A DNA stretch of 64,000 nt from Octopus vulgaris (taxonomy: Eukaryota), in contig OX597815.1 in the NCBI GenBank assembly GCA_951406725.2, positions 11,036,001-11,100,000 of the forward strand. The letters run 5' to 3'. Position 1 is the first letter of the stretch, and every line of letters starts with the position of its first letter. Positions 37,745 through 52,027 of this stretch are shown in pieces. Below the pieces are notes generated by a model. It had not been told where the DNA came from. It saw only the letters and a list, made by a program, of their open reading frames with translations, and did not search any database. A program made the position numbers and the translations under genes.

Positions 37745-38600
37745 TACACATATACATGCATACAAACATACATACATACATACATTCATACAAACATACA
37801 TACATACATTCATACATACATACAAACAAAAATACATACATACATACATACATTCATACATAATCCATACATTCATACATTCATACATACACACACATAC
37901 TTACATACATACATACATACATGCATACATACATACATACATACATGCATGCATACATACATACATTCATACATACACACACATACATACATACATGTAT
38001 GCATACATACATACATGCATACATACATACATACATACATACATGCATACATACATACATACATACATGCATACGTACATACATACATACATTCATACAT
38101 ACATACATACATACATGCATACATACATACATACATACATACATACATACATACATACATACATACATACATACATACATACATACATACATTCACACAT
38201 ACATACATACACACATACATACATACATACATACATACATACATACATACATACACACACACATACATACATACATACATACATACATACATACATACAT
38301 ACATACATACATACATACATACATACATACATACATGCATACATACATACATACATGTATGCATACATACATACATGCACACATACATACATACATACAT
38401 ACATACATGCATACATACATACATACATACATACATGCATAGTACATACATACATACATTCATACATACATACATACATACATACATGCATTCATACATA
38501 CATACATACATACATACATTCATACATACATACACATATACACACATACATACATACATACATACATACATACATACAGAACACACACATACATATATAC
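37745..38600. repeat. (CATA)n microsatellite array
   Basis: Direct reading. Confidence 0.95.
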
Positions 38601-38637
38601 AACTTCGATTACATTGACATAAAATAGGAAGATATAA

Positions 38638-39098
38638 TACCTATTTCTTTACTACCCGCAAGGGGCTAAACACAGAGGGGAGAAACAAGGACAGACAAAC
38701 GTATTAAGTCGATTATATACGACCCCAGTGCGTAACTGGTACTTATTTAATCGATTTTCCCCTCCGTACTAGTTTATACGGAAATAATAAACCAAATGAG
38801 TGCATTGACACTTCAGAACTACCTACATTGGCAGAGGTAACCTTCGATTACATTGACATAAAATAGTGGCAGACAAAATACCTATTTCTTTACTATCCAC
38901 AAGGAGTACAAACAAGGATAGACAAAGAGATTAAGTCGATTATATCGACCCCAGTGCGTAACTGGTACTTATTTAATCGTCACCGAAAGGATGAAAGGCA
39001 AAGTCGACCTCGGCGGAATTTGAGCTCAGAACGTAACGGCAGACGAAAAACGGCTACGCATTTCGCCCGGCGTGTTAACGATTCTGCCAGCTCGCCCA
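38638..39098 (-). mobile_element. SINE family C copies with a local duplication
   Basis: Core sequence; cttcgattacattgacataaaatag repeated at 38603 and 38842. Confidence 0.8.
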
Positions 39099-39544
39099 CC
39101 ATTAGATGAAATAAGCTTTCACTCAGCAACAGGTATAACCGGTGGTGGTACTTTTCCAGAGATTTCTTTTGCCTGTGCACGCTTCTCTCTGATTTCACGC
39201 ATCACCGAATTCATGCAATGAATTGTGAGAGAAAAGCTGATTACGACCTCAAAATAATGTCTTACTCTTTGACACTCGGCATAGCCTTCTCCATCTGGAA
39301 AACAGCTACATCCCACACCACTACACCTTTATGACTGTGTACTGAAAAAAGCCTTCGACCATTTCCTATCCAAAGGGTTTTTTAAACCCAATATTTACAC
39401 GCTGTTGCTTATAGCTTTATCTACTTCGAGTTCAAACTTTAAAAATTAATTATTTTATTCTCTCGGAGTTTCTGAATATGTACTTGTGTGTGTATGTGTG
39501 CATGCCTGCGTGTGTGCGTGCGTGTGTGTGTTTGTGTGTGTGTG

Positions 39545-39753
39545 TGTGTATTTATTTATATTCATCTGCATATATCATGCTTCCATATATATGTGTTTCT
39601 ATGTACGTGTGTGTGTGTGTATTTATTTATATTCATCTGCATATATAATGCTTCCATATATGTGTTTCTATGTACGTGTGTGTGTATGTGTATGTGTATT
39701 TATTTATATTTATCTGCATATATCATGCTTCCATATATGTGTTTCTATGTACG

Positions 39754-39760
<7 letters not shown>
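39545..39760. repeat. ~70-78-bp minisatellite, 3 copies, in (TG)n
   Basis: tatttatttatattcatctgcatatatcatgcttccatata x3. Confidence 0.85.
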
Positions 39761-39813
<53 letters not shown>

Positions 39814-40667
39814 GTTTATTCAGATTATGCTGGAAAGCATATTAAGATGTGGCTGATGTGTGAGTAAAATTCTTGAAAGTTCTCGGATGTTTTCGTGATC
39901 TTGTGGACTTCATATAGAAGTTTATTGTTGTTAAACGCAATCTCTTATATTACTTCGACCTCCCTGTCTTTATGCATTCATCCATGAATTCTGCATAATC
40001 TTCAATTTGTCAGTTATTATTGTCTCTCAATTAACCATCTGTGTAATCACTTTTATATTATTTGCTTTTATTTTATAAATTTCATGTTATTTTATTTTTA
40101 CTTTATCTGTTATTTTTACTTTATCTCTTGCCTCTCTTTTTTGTCTTCTTGTTATCTTATTTGAATTAAGGATGGTTAATTCGTCATTTTCTACCAAGCG
40201 CTTTTACTTGATTAACATAAGGGTGATTTTATGCGAAGAAAACTTTTTCGTAATAATAACAGCACAATATATTTCGACTAGGCTGCTCATCTTTTACTGA
40301 CTAAATCAATGTTTCTTAGCTCAGCTCTGACCCTCGGTATAAGGAGTGCATATAAGGATTGAATTTTATGTGTATAAACAAAGTTGAACTATTGATGTGA
40401 CTATAAATGCTGCGGTGATCTGCTGAGGCTAGCTTTCATTATTTACATCAATGTATGAATAAATTACATTAATTTATGATGATCATTAATTTATGTAATG
40501 GTGAGCATGCGTATTCATGCAAACATGTACGCATAACTTCTTGCAAACTGAAATGAATACTGCGTCAAGCAGTTTGCGAAATGGTCATATCCTAAGGCAA
40601 TCACGTGGTTGAATAAATAAATATATAATCAAGTCTCAAACCTCTTAACGTTATGCTTTTTAAATAT

Positions 40668-40669
<2 letters not shown>

Positions 40670-40723
<54 letters not shown>

Positions 40724-41031
40724 TTATACATACATACCCACAAACGCAGTTGCACGTGCGTGCACACACACATGCACACACATACATACACACACACACA
40801 CACACATATATATTTATACATACATACACACACACACATATATATTTATACATACATACACACACACACATATATATTTATACATACATACACACACACA
40901 CATATATATTTATACATACACACAAACGCAGTTGCACGTGCGTGCACACACACATACACACACACACACACATATATATTTATACATACACACAAACGCA
41001 GTTGCACGTGCGTGCACACACACATACACAC

Positions 41032-41063
<32 letters not shown>

Positions 41064-41379
41064 ATATTTATACATACACACAAACGCAGTTGCACGTGCG
41101 TGCACACACACATACACACACATACATACACACACACACACACACATATATTTATACATACACACAAACGCAGTTGCACGTGCGTGCACACACACATACA
41201 CACACATACATACACACACACACACACACATATATTTATACATACACACAAACGCAGTTGCACGTGCGTGCACACACACATACACACACATACATACACA
41301 CACACACACACATATATATTTATACATACACACAAACGCAGTTGCACGTGCGTGCACACACACATACACACACATACAT

Positions 41380-41415
<36 letters not shown>

Positions 41416-41542
41416 TTATACATATATACACACAAACACAGTTGCACGTGCGTGCACACACACACATATATATATATATATTTATACATACATACACACA
41501 AATGCAGTTGCACGTGCGTGCACACATACACACACATACACA
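40670..41542. repeat. Minisatellite, ~84-bp unit with cagttgcacgtgcgtgcac core, 9 cores
   Basis: Cores near 40748, 40929, 40999, 41087, 41171, 41255, 41339, 41439, 41505. Confidence 0.9.
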
Positions 41543-41919
41543 TGGAGATCGGCCATCAAACTGTGGAACTAAAAGCTATGACAATCCCCTCCAACTTGAC
41601 ACTATAGCATATTACCAAAGTTCCTAGCATCCGCTTAAGTAAGGAACCAATATTGTAACAGATTCGGACACCGCAACAGAAGAGAAAGACACGTGCTCTA
41701 CATGAAAGATGGATGTGTTTTTCAGATGTATCTGGACGTAATTTTATTCCAATGAAATTACATCACGGCAAAGGACACAAATAAGAGGTACGGTGTCCAA
41801 TTACTTTATACATAAAAACAAACTACAATTAACCATAGCTTGAGAACTGTAGAAATGAAAGTAGATTCAATGATAATGCATTAATCTGGCCACAGCCTAT
41901 TGGCTGTCTCGTAAAAGGG

Positions 41920-42125
41920 TGTACTGTGTACCGTTGGCGATTTTTTTCCTCTGTCTTCCCTTCTCTGGATCTTTCCTTCTCCTATGTTTCCGACGAAGAG
42001 CTTCGCTCGAAACGTTAAACCGTCCGTCTTTCCTTCTTTCCCGAGCGTCCAATAATACTATATTTGTTCCACGTCCTCGCGTTGATGTGTCTTTTTTTGT
42101 GCTTTCTTGTTTGGATTAACTTTAT
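41920..42125 (+). mobile_element. PLE pseudo-LTR fragment with minimal HHR-like motif (41987-42019)
   Basis: ttt-cCgacga-agagc ttc gctc-gaaa-cgtt-aaa. Confidence 0.6.
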
Positions 42126-42407
42126 ATATACACATACATGCATACATACATACATACACATATGTATATACTCGCACACACGCATACACGCACACCTCAT
42201 CTATATAATTATCGAACAATGAGAACGAGTGCTCACCAAAAAATTTATGGATACAGATTATTTGTGTATTAAAGCTACCACTGGTTTCATGTGGTTTACC
42301 TCATCAATTGTCAAGTCTATCGCATGAAAACATTGGTGTTCGTTTCTATAGAGATATTTATATATATATGTGTGCATCCTTATCTAGACATACATATCAA
42401 TCATAAC

Positions 42408-42728
<321 letters not shown>

Positions 42729-43120
42729 GTGTGTATATACTCTTACTCAGGGACATATGCACACGTGAATATACATAATACACACACACATATTATTATC
42801 ATGATTATATGTGTGTGTGTGTGTGTGTGTGCGTGTGTGTGCATGCGTGCTGTGTGCATGTGTGCTGTGTGCATATATTCACGAATTTGTGTCAGTTCGG
42901 CATCGTCGCACTGTGAAGAATTTCACATCGAATTCATGAAATACTGAGTTATAACGTAGTGTGTGATATATAAGGCCAATGTATTTTATCATAACCCCTC
43001 TTAGACCCAAGACTGGGAAAAGAACAACTATGTGGAAGTGGGACTAAAGCTGCTATTCAAAGAACCAGGCTTCTCCCACTCTGTGTCATAATGATTTTGC
43101 TTAAAATTACGTTAAGGGCT

Positions 43121-43162
<42 letters not shown>

Positions 43163-43166
<4 letters not shown>

Positions 43167-43558
43167 CGAATTTACAGAAAACAAAAGACGAAGACAGGTG
43201 TAGGGACAATAAACAGGTGTAGTATTAGTTTGATGCTCGAGAAAATGGAAAAGTCTTTTACGTTTCGAGCCTACGCTCTTTGACAGGAAGGAATAAGAGG
43301 AAAAAATGGGGAGAGAATGAAAAAAAAAAAAGAAACGGAGAGAAAAACTGTGTAGAGTTCAATGGTCCAGCATGTCGCCTTTGGAACATTAAAACTTGAA
43401 GCATATGTAAAGTTATAGATAATAGCGTGTAAATTTTGGTTTAAAAACTTATTGGATAGAAAAGCTCAAATGCTGCCCATCAACATTACATACATATGCA
43501 TGTGTTCGCATCTCTCTATCTGTCTGTCTGTCTGTCTCTCTGTCTGTCTCTCTGTCTG

Positions 43559-43612
<54 letters not shown>

Positions 43613-43803
43613 GGTGTGTATATATATATATATTTTTTTTTTTTCTCTCCTTGTTTCTCTCTTTGTTTTTTTCTGTGTCCCTTTCTGTAGAAGAGCGTAG
43701 GCTCGAAACGTAAAAGACTTTTTTCAATTCCTGAGCGTTATACTAAGACATCTGTTTGTTTTGTACACCATCTGTCTTCATCTTTTGTTCTTTTCGTGAA
43801 CTC
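43163..43803. mobile_element. Inverted pair of PLE pseudo-LTR-like arms (~43163-43345 and ~43630-43803) with HHR-like motifs, bounded by (TA)n
   Basis: cttt-ctgtaga-agagc gtag gctc-gaaa-cgta-aaag at 43681-43716; mirror at 43255-43290. Confidence 0.75.
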
Positions 43804-43921
43804 TCCCTATATATATATATATATATACACACATACATGCATATGTATAAAGTATATGCATTATGCATATGTAGCACACACACTCATACCTACGTGTATG
43901 TATGTATGTATATATATATAT

Positions 43922-44237
43922 GTAATTATATCAAAGGGAAATGGAGATTAATTAAAATTTACATTTCTAGTGGTCTAACGTGTAAAAATTTAGTCCAAAG
44001 ACTATGTATTAGTCATAAAATACAGCGTACATTTAAACATATGAGTAATCCACTGGTTGAATTAAACACGCTAGAAAGAACAGCTAGGTTCTATAACCAC
44101 AAAATTATGGATAAAATTCGACTGGAACGAAATGAAAAATAAAAACATTTTACCATCTAGTAATAGAACCTAGCTGTTCTTTCTAGCGTGTTGAATCCCA
44201 TGAGTGAATTCCTCATATGATTAAATGTACACTATAT

Positions 44238-44240
<3 letters not shown>
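43922..44240. mobile_element. Foldback: arms 44021-44094 and 44163-44236, ~100-bp one-sided tail, in (TA)n
   Basis: Perfect 30-bp IR aacacgctagaaagaacagctaggttctat. Confidence 0.85.
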
Positions 44241-44274
<34 letters not shown>

Positions 44275-44280
<6 letters not shown>

Positions 44281-44566
44281 ATCACGTGACCGACCAGACT
44301 ATCAGATGTTGCTACACATCGCTGGTCACAATGCCTTCGCATTGTTTTAGCCTTCGAATGACGCCACCCCGCTGGCTAAGCGAGCAGGCCAACAGAAGAA
44401 AGAGTGAGAGGAGGAGTGGTGAAAGAGTACCACCTCCTGCCGGAGCCTCGTGGAGCTTTTTATGTGTTTTCGCTCAATAAACACACACAACGCCCGGTCT
44501 GGGAATCGAAACCGCGATCCTACGACCGCGAGTCCGTTGCCCTAACCACTGGGCTATTGCGCCTCC
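44275..44566 (-). mobile_element. SINE family A variant 2
   Basis: Matches 19768-20090. Confidence 0.85.
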
Positions 44567-45091
44567 ACGTGATGGTCACGTGATATATATTATAGTTTTC
44601 TTATTTCAGTCCGTTATATAGTTAAACTTCTACACATTTGCATACGCGAACACCGACCCGCATAATAACCACACGAGCACGCGCACGCATACACACATAA
44701 TTTTGTTCCTATGATACGTATATAGAAAGCGTAATGGCATATGATGTTGTAAATATCTGCATGACCTTAGATAAAACCAAAAGAAAAAAACAACAACTTC
44801 CACAACAACTTAATGACGACAGAATAAACAGCTGCAACTGTATAATAAAAGTAACATTACAATGTGTGCTTATGTGTGCCTGTGTATATGTATACGTGCG
44901 TTTGTTGCTCTTAAACCCCACAAAAAAATGTTGTAGGTTTGGCTTTTGTTTCAAAGATTTTTCGCATTCTCATATGAGATCTAATTCCTCATAATCACAT
45001 CTTAGGGAGGTCTAGAAATATTGATGATATTTTTGGTAAAGTTAACTGGAACACATAGTATAACAGTTGGTCCTAGACATACACAACTCCT

Positions 45092-45968
45092 TACACATAC
45101 ATACAAACGTACATACATACATACACACACACATACATACATACATACATACATACATACATACATACATAAACACACACATGCATACATACACACACAC
45201 ATGCATACATACATACATACATACATACATATTTACATACATTCATAAATACATACATACATACATACATACATACATACATACATACATACATACATAC
45301 ATGCATACATGCATGCATACATACATACATACATACATACATACATACATAAATACATACATACATACATACATACATACATACATACATACATACATAC
45401 ATACATACATACATACATACATACATACATACATACATACATACATACATACATACATACACATACATACATACATACATACATACATACATACATACAC
45501 ACACATACATACATACATACATACATACATACATACATACATACATACATACATACATACATACATACATACATACATACATACATACATACATACATAC
45601 ATACATACATACATACATACATACATACATACATACATACATACATACATACATACATACATACAACATACATACATACATACATACATACATAATACAT
45701 ACATACATACATACATACATACATACATACATACATACATACATACATACATACATACATACATACATACATACATACATACATACATACATACATACAT
45801 ACATACATACATACATACATACATACATACATACATACATACATACATACATACATACATACATACATACATACATACATACATACATACATACATACAT
45901 ACATGCATACATACATACATACATACATACATACATACATACATACATACATACATACATGCATACAT
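45092..45968. repeat. (CATA)n microsatellite array
   Basis: Direct reading. Confidence 0.95.
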
Positions 45969-46508
45969 GGTGGCTGCCTTCTCATTATCGAGTATGGCCA
46001 TTGCACGAAGCTTAATCAATGTTGTTAATGTGCAATGCCTGTGTAAGAAGATTTTTTAAAGTGAGGAAAGGCTGTGCACTGAGTCAATCTCACTCACTAA
46101 GCAACAGCAACCATAATTCGAAAAGAAGAACAAGTTAACATCATCGGTAACCACTGAGCCGCAGGTTTTATGTCGGCGTTATCCCAGTTACCTGAGTTAC
46201 CTTCTCCTAGAAGGATGTCCTAGGAGTCCTTCACTCCCAATGGTTTAACCGCGCGATCGGGTATTCAGTCCGATTATTTCTATGTCCCCGCGCATGATAC
46301 AGCCTTAAGATATTTATTGGATGACCGTTGACTCTCAAGAGTTGCTCCACCCTTTGACGGACTCTGTTTTTCATCCCGCAGGGTGTCCAATAAACACCCT
46401 CCTCACCAAGCAAGCTTGGTGGGTTGCCGGTTTAGTCGCCGACGATCCGACCATGCAACAGGTTGTATTGGGTTACATGTTACCAGTAGCACTCAAAAGT
46501 GACCTGAC
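45969..46508 (-). mobile_element. Non-coding ~540-bp retroposon-like insert (RTE-UTR-like) within (CATA)n
   Basis: Both borders at (CATA)n; higher GC; minus ggcgactaaaccggcaaccc. Confidence 0.45.
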
Positions 46509-46589
46509 ACATACATACATACATACATACATACATACATACATACATACATACATACATACAAGTACAAACGGATTTTGTTGTTTGGG

Positions 46590-46880
46590 GCAGAAAAGAA
46601 AGAGTATGTACTGTTATAGAGGTCCTCTGTCAAGTAGATGTCCTTCGAAAATGAAACAAAAAGAGGATAAATATGGACAACTGCCTCGAAACTTCAAGAT
46701 CCTATACTAAGATTATAAATTCACTTTTCTACCAATTATAAATGGTGCAACTTTGTTTTTGAGCAAATACCTATGTGGAAATCTAGATAAGGTTGGGTTT
46801 TCAGAAAAAGAAATCACATTACAAATACAAACTGCAAGGGGAACAGTAAAAATCTGCAAGACTTTTCTCAAGTTTATAAT
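46590..46880 (+). pseudogene. Restriction-like endonuclease C-terminus of an RLE non-LTR element
   Basis: KEDKYGQL...YKFTFLPIINGA...GTVKICKTFLKF. Confidence 0.55.
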
Positions 46881-47567
46881 ATGAATTTGATTTTGTTATC
46901 AATATTCCAAGGACATAGTTTGTAAGGAATCACTCCCCCACTTCTTTACAAGAAGATTACTAATAATTAGGACTAGTAAGGACTATTAACATATACACAC
47001 ATACACATACGTACATGTATATTTGATATAGTAAGTATTTTCATCTGAAATTGTGTTTTAGACCACCAATATTGTCCAGTGTAATTGTTGTTATTACAGC
47101 CATAAAAACTCATACACGCATATATTGACTTTTATTTTATGGTTATTTAGTGATATGGAGTGCAGTGGACCGGTGAGGTTTCCCTGAAAGATTTGATCGA
47201 TAACCTGTTTTTAGACCTGTTCGTGCAACACCGAAGCATTAGCAGATGCAATATATCACTAGGTATCAAAGTGTTTCGTATATATTTTTATAAATGTAAT
47301 CAAGAATTTCGTTCCGTTACATCTCGGTCCTGCTTGAATCCCGCTACGTGCCTTGTACTCTGTCCTAGAGTTGTACCAATGTCTTTTACTTGTAATTTTG
47401 CTGACAGATACTGCGCAGAACCACGTCATCCGCTTATGGCTACGCACACACACATACACACAGTATGTGTGTGTGTATATATATATGTATATAAAAATAT
47501 GTGTATATATATACACACACACAATAATGCACACGCTCACGCACACACACATATATATACACACACA

Positions 47568-47604
<37 letters not shown>

Positions 47605-47813
47605 TCAGTCCCTTACCTTATTATTATTATTATTAACTTCTTATAATCATCAATAATAATGACCTTTTTGACTCGTAATACTCTAAATGTATATTTTTGT
47701 CACTACCTATCATAAATAGTCTCTTTATACCTGCAATATGCATTTTCGTTGACTTTTCTTATTTTACCCTGCCACTTCCACGTGTATTTTATATTTTTTT
47801 CAAAACATATTTC

Positions 47814-47849
<36 letters not shown>

Positions 47850-47855
<6 letters not shown>

Positions 47856-48025
47856 TTCGAGACAAAACCACTATTTTGCAAATCAAACAAGGAAAGACTT
47901 AATCAATACATAAAAAAATTTTAATATAAAGTAAATAAATCGCCACTATAATATTTTACTATAAAATTGGATTTATTCCTAAATCTGATTTTTTTCCCTG
48001 TAATTTTGGATTTATTCCCTAATAT

Positions 48026-48030
<5 letters not shown>
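47850..48030 (+). mobile_element. Deleted relative of the 61351-61986 element
   Basis: Shared gcaaatcaaaca start and ggatttattccctaatatt end; in (TA)n. Confidence 0.75.
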
Positions 48031-48070
<40 letters not shown>

Positions 48071-48169
48071 GAGAGAGAGAGAGAGCTATCTATCTCTCTA
48101 GATAGATATAAATATATACATGTCCACATACATGCATACATATGTATATAGAAATAAAATTATGAGCAA

Positions 48170-49160
48170 CAACAGTATAAAACTTAGAAAGTCAAGACAT
48201 GATACGTTCGAATTTGTCTTTGAAAATTCAACTTTCCGACTCGAATTACATGATAGTTTTGTAAATTCTTCTGGAAACTTCAGAGGAATACGTACTACCT
48301 GTTTCATAATTAAAATGAATAGGCTTTGGGCTCAATTTAATTTGCAGTTGTACATGTTGAGAAAGATTAATTAGAAAATTGGTCAGCTCCATGAAAACAC
48401 GCAGCGAGATAATTGTCTTCTCGAGTCACATTTGAAATTTATCATTTTGTATTGCACGTTTCTATAGTTTTACTTACGTATTTATTGTTGAACATTTCAG
48501 TGTTATCTTTGAAAGGGAAATATTTTTGTTCTCTTGCAGTAAATGCCAATCAGATTCATTTAAAAATATAATTTGCAAATTTGTATGAAAGAATTCGTGA
48601 AGATCAGAGATTAATTTGTCTTACTTGTTTGACAAAAACATATTTCTTTTTAATATTTCTTAGTCGTTGACAGAGTTCCTCTCTTTTATAATTACTGCAT
48701 TTTGTCTTCACTAAAAGGTCGTTGAATTCGAATCAGTTATCGTGACATAGGTTTGCGAATAGACGGTTTATTCCTCTTTACAAAACGTTTACTGAAGCAG
48801 ATAAATCAATGCTGATATCTCGAAGACACCTAAGTTGTTCACTCTTTTAACAATCGACAGAGATTTAAGTCCTCGTGTATCTTATTTTCAGACGAATATC
48901 TGCCAATATTGAGTCATATTTGTAATATCGGCCGATTCGTCGAACTGCATCACAAGTTAGAACGTCTTTTAATACTTTCAATTACACAAAATGGTAATTG
49001 ATAATTTCTGATATTCTATTACATACTGTATCCTTTAACAGCGAGTTTTATTATTATTATTATTATTATTATTATCTCCTGCGCTTAGAGCAGTATAAGA
49101 ATAATTTCCATGGTTCTGCCTGCCTTTAACAACACAAGATTTTCACGAAAGGCCTCTGGA
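48170..49160 (-). pseudogene. hAT (Buster/Charlie-type) transposase remnant
   Basis: SLLKDTVCNRISEI; MQFDESADITNMTQ; NRLFANLC; EEFTKLSCNSSRKVEF. Confidence 0.75.
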
Positions 49161-49657
49161 GCCTTAGTTTTATAATTAAGTATGGGGCTTCATATGATGC
49201 TCCTAAGTATTTCCTAAGTATGTTTTATAAACTGATTTAATGCTTTCGAAGATTTTAGAAATCTTAAAAGACGGTAAAGATTTGGGGACATAGAAACTAT
49301 AACAAGTATCAAGCTATACTTTAAAAGTAGTAAGTTACATACTTTCATTCACTAAATATACCGAACAAACTGAGCTTATGGTCGGTGCCTCTTCGTATTT
49401 AAGACCCCAAATGATCTATATTGCACAAAAAAAATTCGTTATAGTGTTTCTTCTTTGTGCAGTATTGTTCAGTTCTTACAGTTTTACTAAGCTTCGAATT
49501 TATATTACTTTATCAGGCCCTGCAAAAATAATTGTTTCAATTTAGTTGTTTGCCATATTTTTGTTTGACAAATTTGACCATAGGGAGGTATTTTCATTTC
49601 AATGTAATACGGTAATACGGTAAACACTGTAGAGGCAATAAAAATATAGAATAATTA

Positions 49658-50111
49658 CACTGGTCAACAGCCAATTTTCATCAAGGATATTATATGGTGT
49701 TTTATATGTAGTTTTGTCTGCAGATTTAAAAAATGTAATCAGTTTCCTTCTATCAGGCACAGTTTTTCTGATGAGACAACAGAGGTATATAACTCCCATC
49801 AGCAGTATTGCTACACGTAAACATCTTATACAGGTAAATTCCATGTCAAGGCATTGCAAGAACAGTCCTGATATATTTTGTCATGTCTGTGGTTCATTTA
49901 CCACCAAAGCTCAGCAACGTGTCATCACAAGTGAAGTCAATATTTTACACTTTGACGAAACACTTCTTTCTCTAAGAGAAAGAAGTGTTTTACATACACG
50001 AACGAACGTAAAACCCAGGTGGCCAACAATTACCAAACACTACATACATTACAAATCATTATAAAATCAAAAGTTCATTATACGAAACTCACAAAATGTG
50101 TGTTGACAGTG
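49658..50111 (+). mobile_element. Chapaev-like DNA transposon deletion derivative
   Basis: Termini cactggtcaaca / tgttgacagtg, preceded by TTA; MSRHCKNSPDIFCHVCGSFT zinc-finger N-terminus. Confidence 0.7.
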
Positions 50112-50154
50112 AAATATAGAAAGATATCAAGCAACAACAACAGCAATATCAATA

Positions 50155-50389
50155 TCTATTTCTTTACTACCCACAAGGGGCTAAACACAGAGAGGACAAA
50201 CAAGGACAGTCAAACAGATTAAGTCGATTACATCGACACCAGTACGTAGCTGGTACTTAATTAATCGACCCCGAAAGGATGAAAGGCAAAGTCGACCTCG
50301 ACGGAGTTTGAACTCAGAACGTAACGGCAGACGAAATACGGCTGCGCATTTCGCCCGGCGTGCTAACGTTTCTGCCAGCTCGCCGCCTT
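50155..50389 (-). mobile_element. SINE family C
   Basis: Full core and head. Confidence 0.88.
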
Positions 50390-52027
50390 AACAGCAGCAA
50401 AAATATCATCCCTGCAACAACAACCACCACCAAAAACAATTGAAACAACCACAAGGGTAGCAAAAACCTCAAAATAAAACGAAACAAAAGACATCAAACA
50501 ACAACAACAGCAACATCAATAACAACAACGACAATTACCGTAGCAGTGAAGAAAACAATTAACTAGTTGCTAGCAATAACAAGAACAACTGCAAAAAATT
50601 AACAACATTATCATGAACCAATGAGTCGAGTCCCATTTTAATTGAACGAATTAATCTTTCTCAAATCCTTCTAAATTATCGTAAGCTATAAGAGATATTG
50701 TATAAGATAGGCATCGATACACTGTGCGTCTATAATATACAGGAAACTCAAGGCTAGAATGCATTTTGATCAAATGGGTTCAGGGCAGACCTTGCGTCCA
50801 ATAATAATAACAATATTGTTGAAGGTTCAAAGGAGGCCCCTGTACATAATCGCCCAGTCTGCAATAAACAGCGACCAAATCTTTCACAAATCAAATCCTA
50901 CCATGTTAAGAAAGGAAGGACACTTTAGACAATGTAGTCTAAGAAATAACAAGCAAGATGGCCACTACTGGAACGCTTTTGTTCCTAAAAATGAGGAGCT
51001 AAACAACACGATCAAGAATATAGTTGGTCGATGGTCCTCAGTAAATATTGATACATATTTTATCGATCTAGAAAGGAGTTACATACAAATTCGACCAAGC
51101 ACCATTAGAACTCAGAATGTGAAAAAAAAAAAAAATAGAAAAAAGTGAAATACCCAAAGCTCTATTTCTTCTGCACCCTCGACACAAAGCCAGAAAATTT
51201 AGAGAGGGTGGGTCCAGCCCTTTTAATACTTGGCTCCAGTATTTAACTGATACCTGGTTTAATCAACTCGGAATGATGAAACGTAAAGTTGATCTAAGGC
51301 GTTTTACCTATTTCTCAACCTATTCTGCCATGGCATTTTTAATAAACAGCTTTGTGTTAATAAGGATATTGGAGTGGAAGAATAGCTATAAATATTATTC
51401 AAATCTTTCTCAAGTTACATCATAAAAACAAAATGCAGATCTTAGATAAGGCAGACAGAAAAAACTGGATAGCCATCATTGGAGTGCCTTTGATCAGCTA
51501 GATGATCGACCAGTACTGACCTAGGGCTAAACAACAAACAATTCTACTGCAAGGCAGAGACTACACATTTTGAGAAAAGGTGCAATAAATTGAATCGACC
51601 CGTGTACTTGACTGTCTTTATTGTGTCAGCCCAAGAAGTATGAACGGCGAAGTTGAACTCAGCGAGATTGGAACTTAGAACTTAAAGAGCTGGAACAATC
51701 AACACAGGGCCTCTGTCAATTCTGCCAAACGATATCTGGCATACATATGTTAGGGTAAGATATAGTTAAGTTATTTAACACAACTATTTTACTGGAACTT
51801 TAATGTATTGACCCCGAAAAGGAAGCGAGAAAAAAAGGAAAAAATACAAAGTCATTGTCCGCGGAATTCAAACTCAGAACGTAAAAAACCAAAAATGAGG
51901 CAGAAAGCAACACATTTTTGTGGAAGGTGTAGAATCCACTGAATCAATTCTAGTACTTCGTTGAATTAACCAGGAGCTATGAAAAGCAAATTAGACCCAG
52001 ACTGAATTTAAACTTAAAACGTTAATA

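Noticed and set aside
39119-39316. 65-aa ORF in non-repetitive sequence
   Set aside because: No recognisable motif or splice support; cannot be assigned
40262-40340. Two possible degenerate HHR cores on the minus strand (similar weak cases near 18795, 33680, 47178, 47601)
   Set aside because: Multiple core mismatches and no convincing stem I
40740-41525. CRISPR-like repeat/spacer array
   Set aside because: Spacers are near-identical CA/TA microsatellite; eukaryotic context; no cas genes
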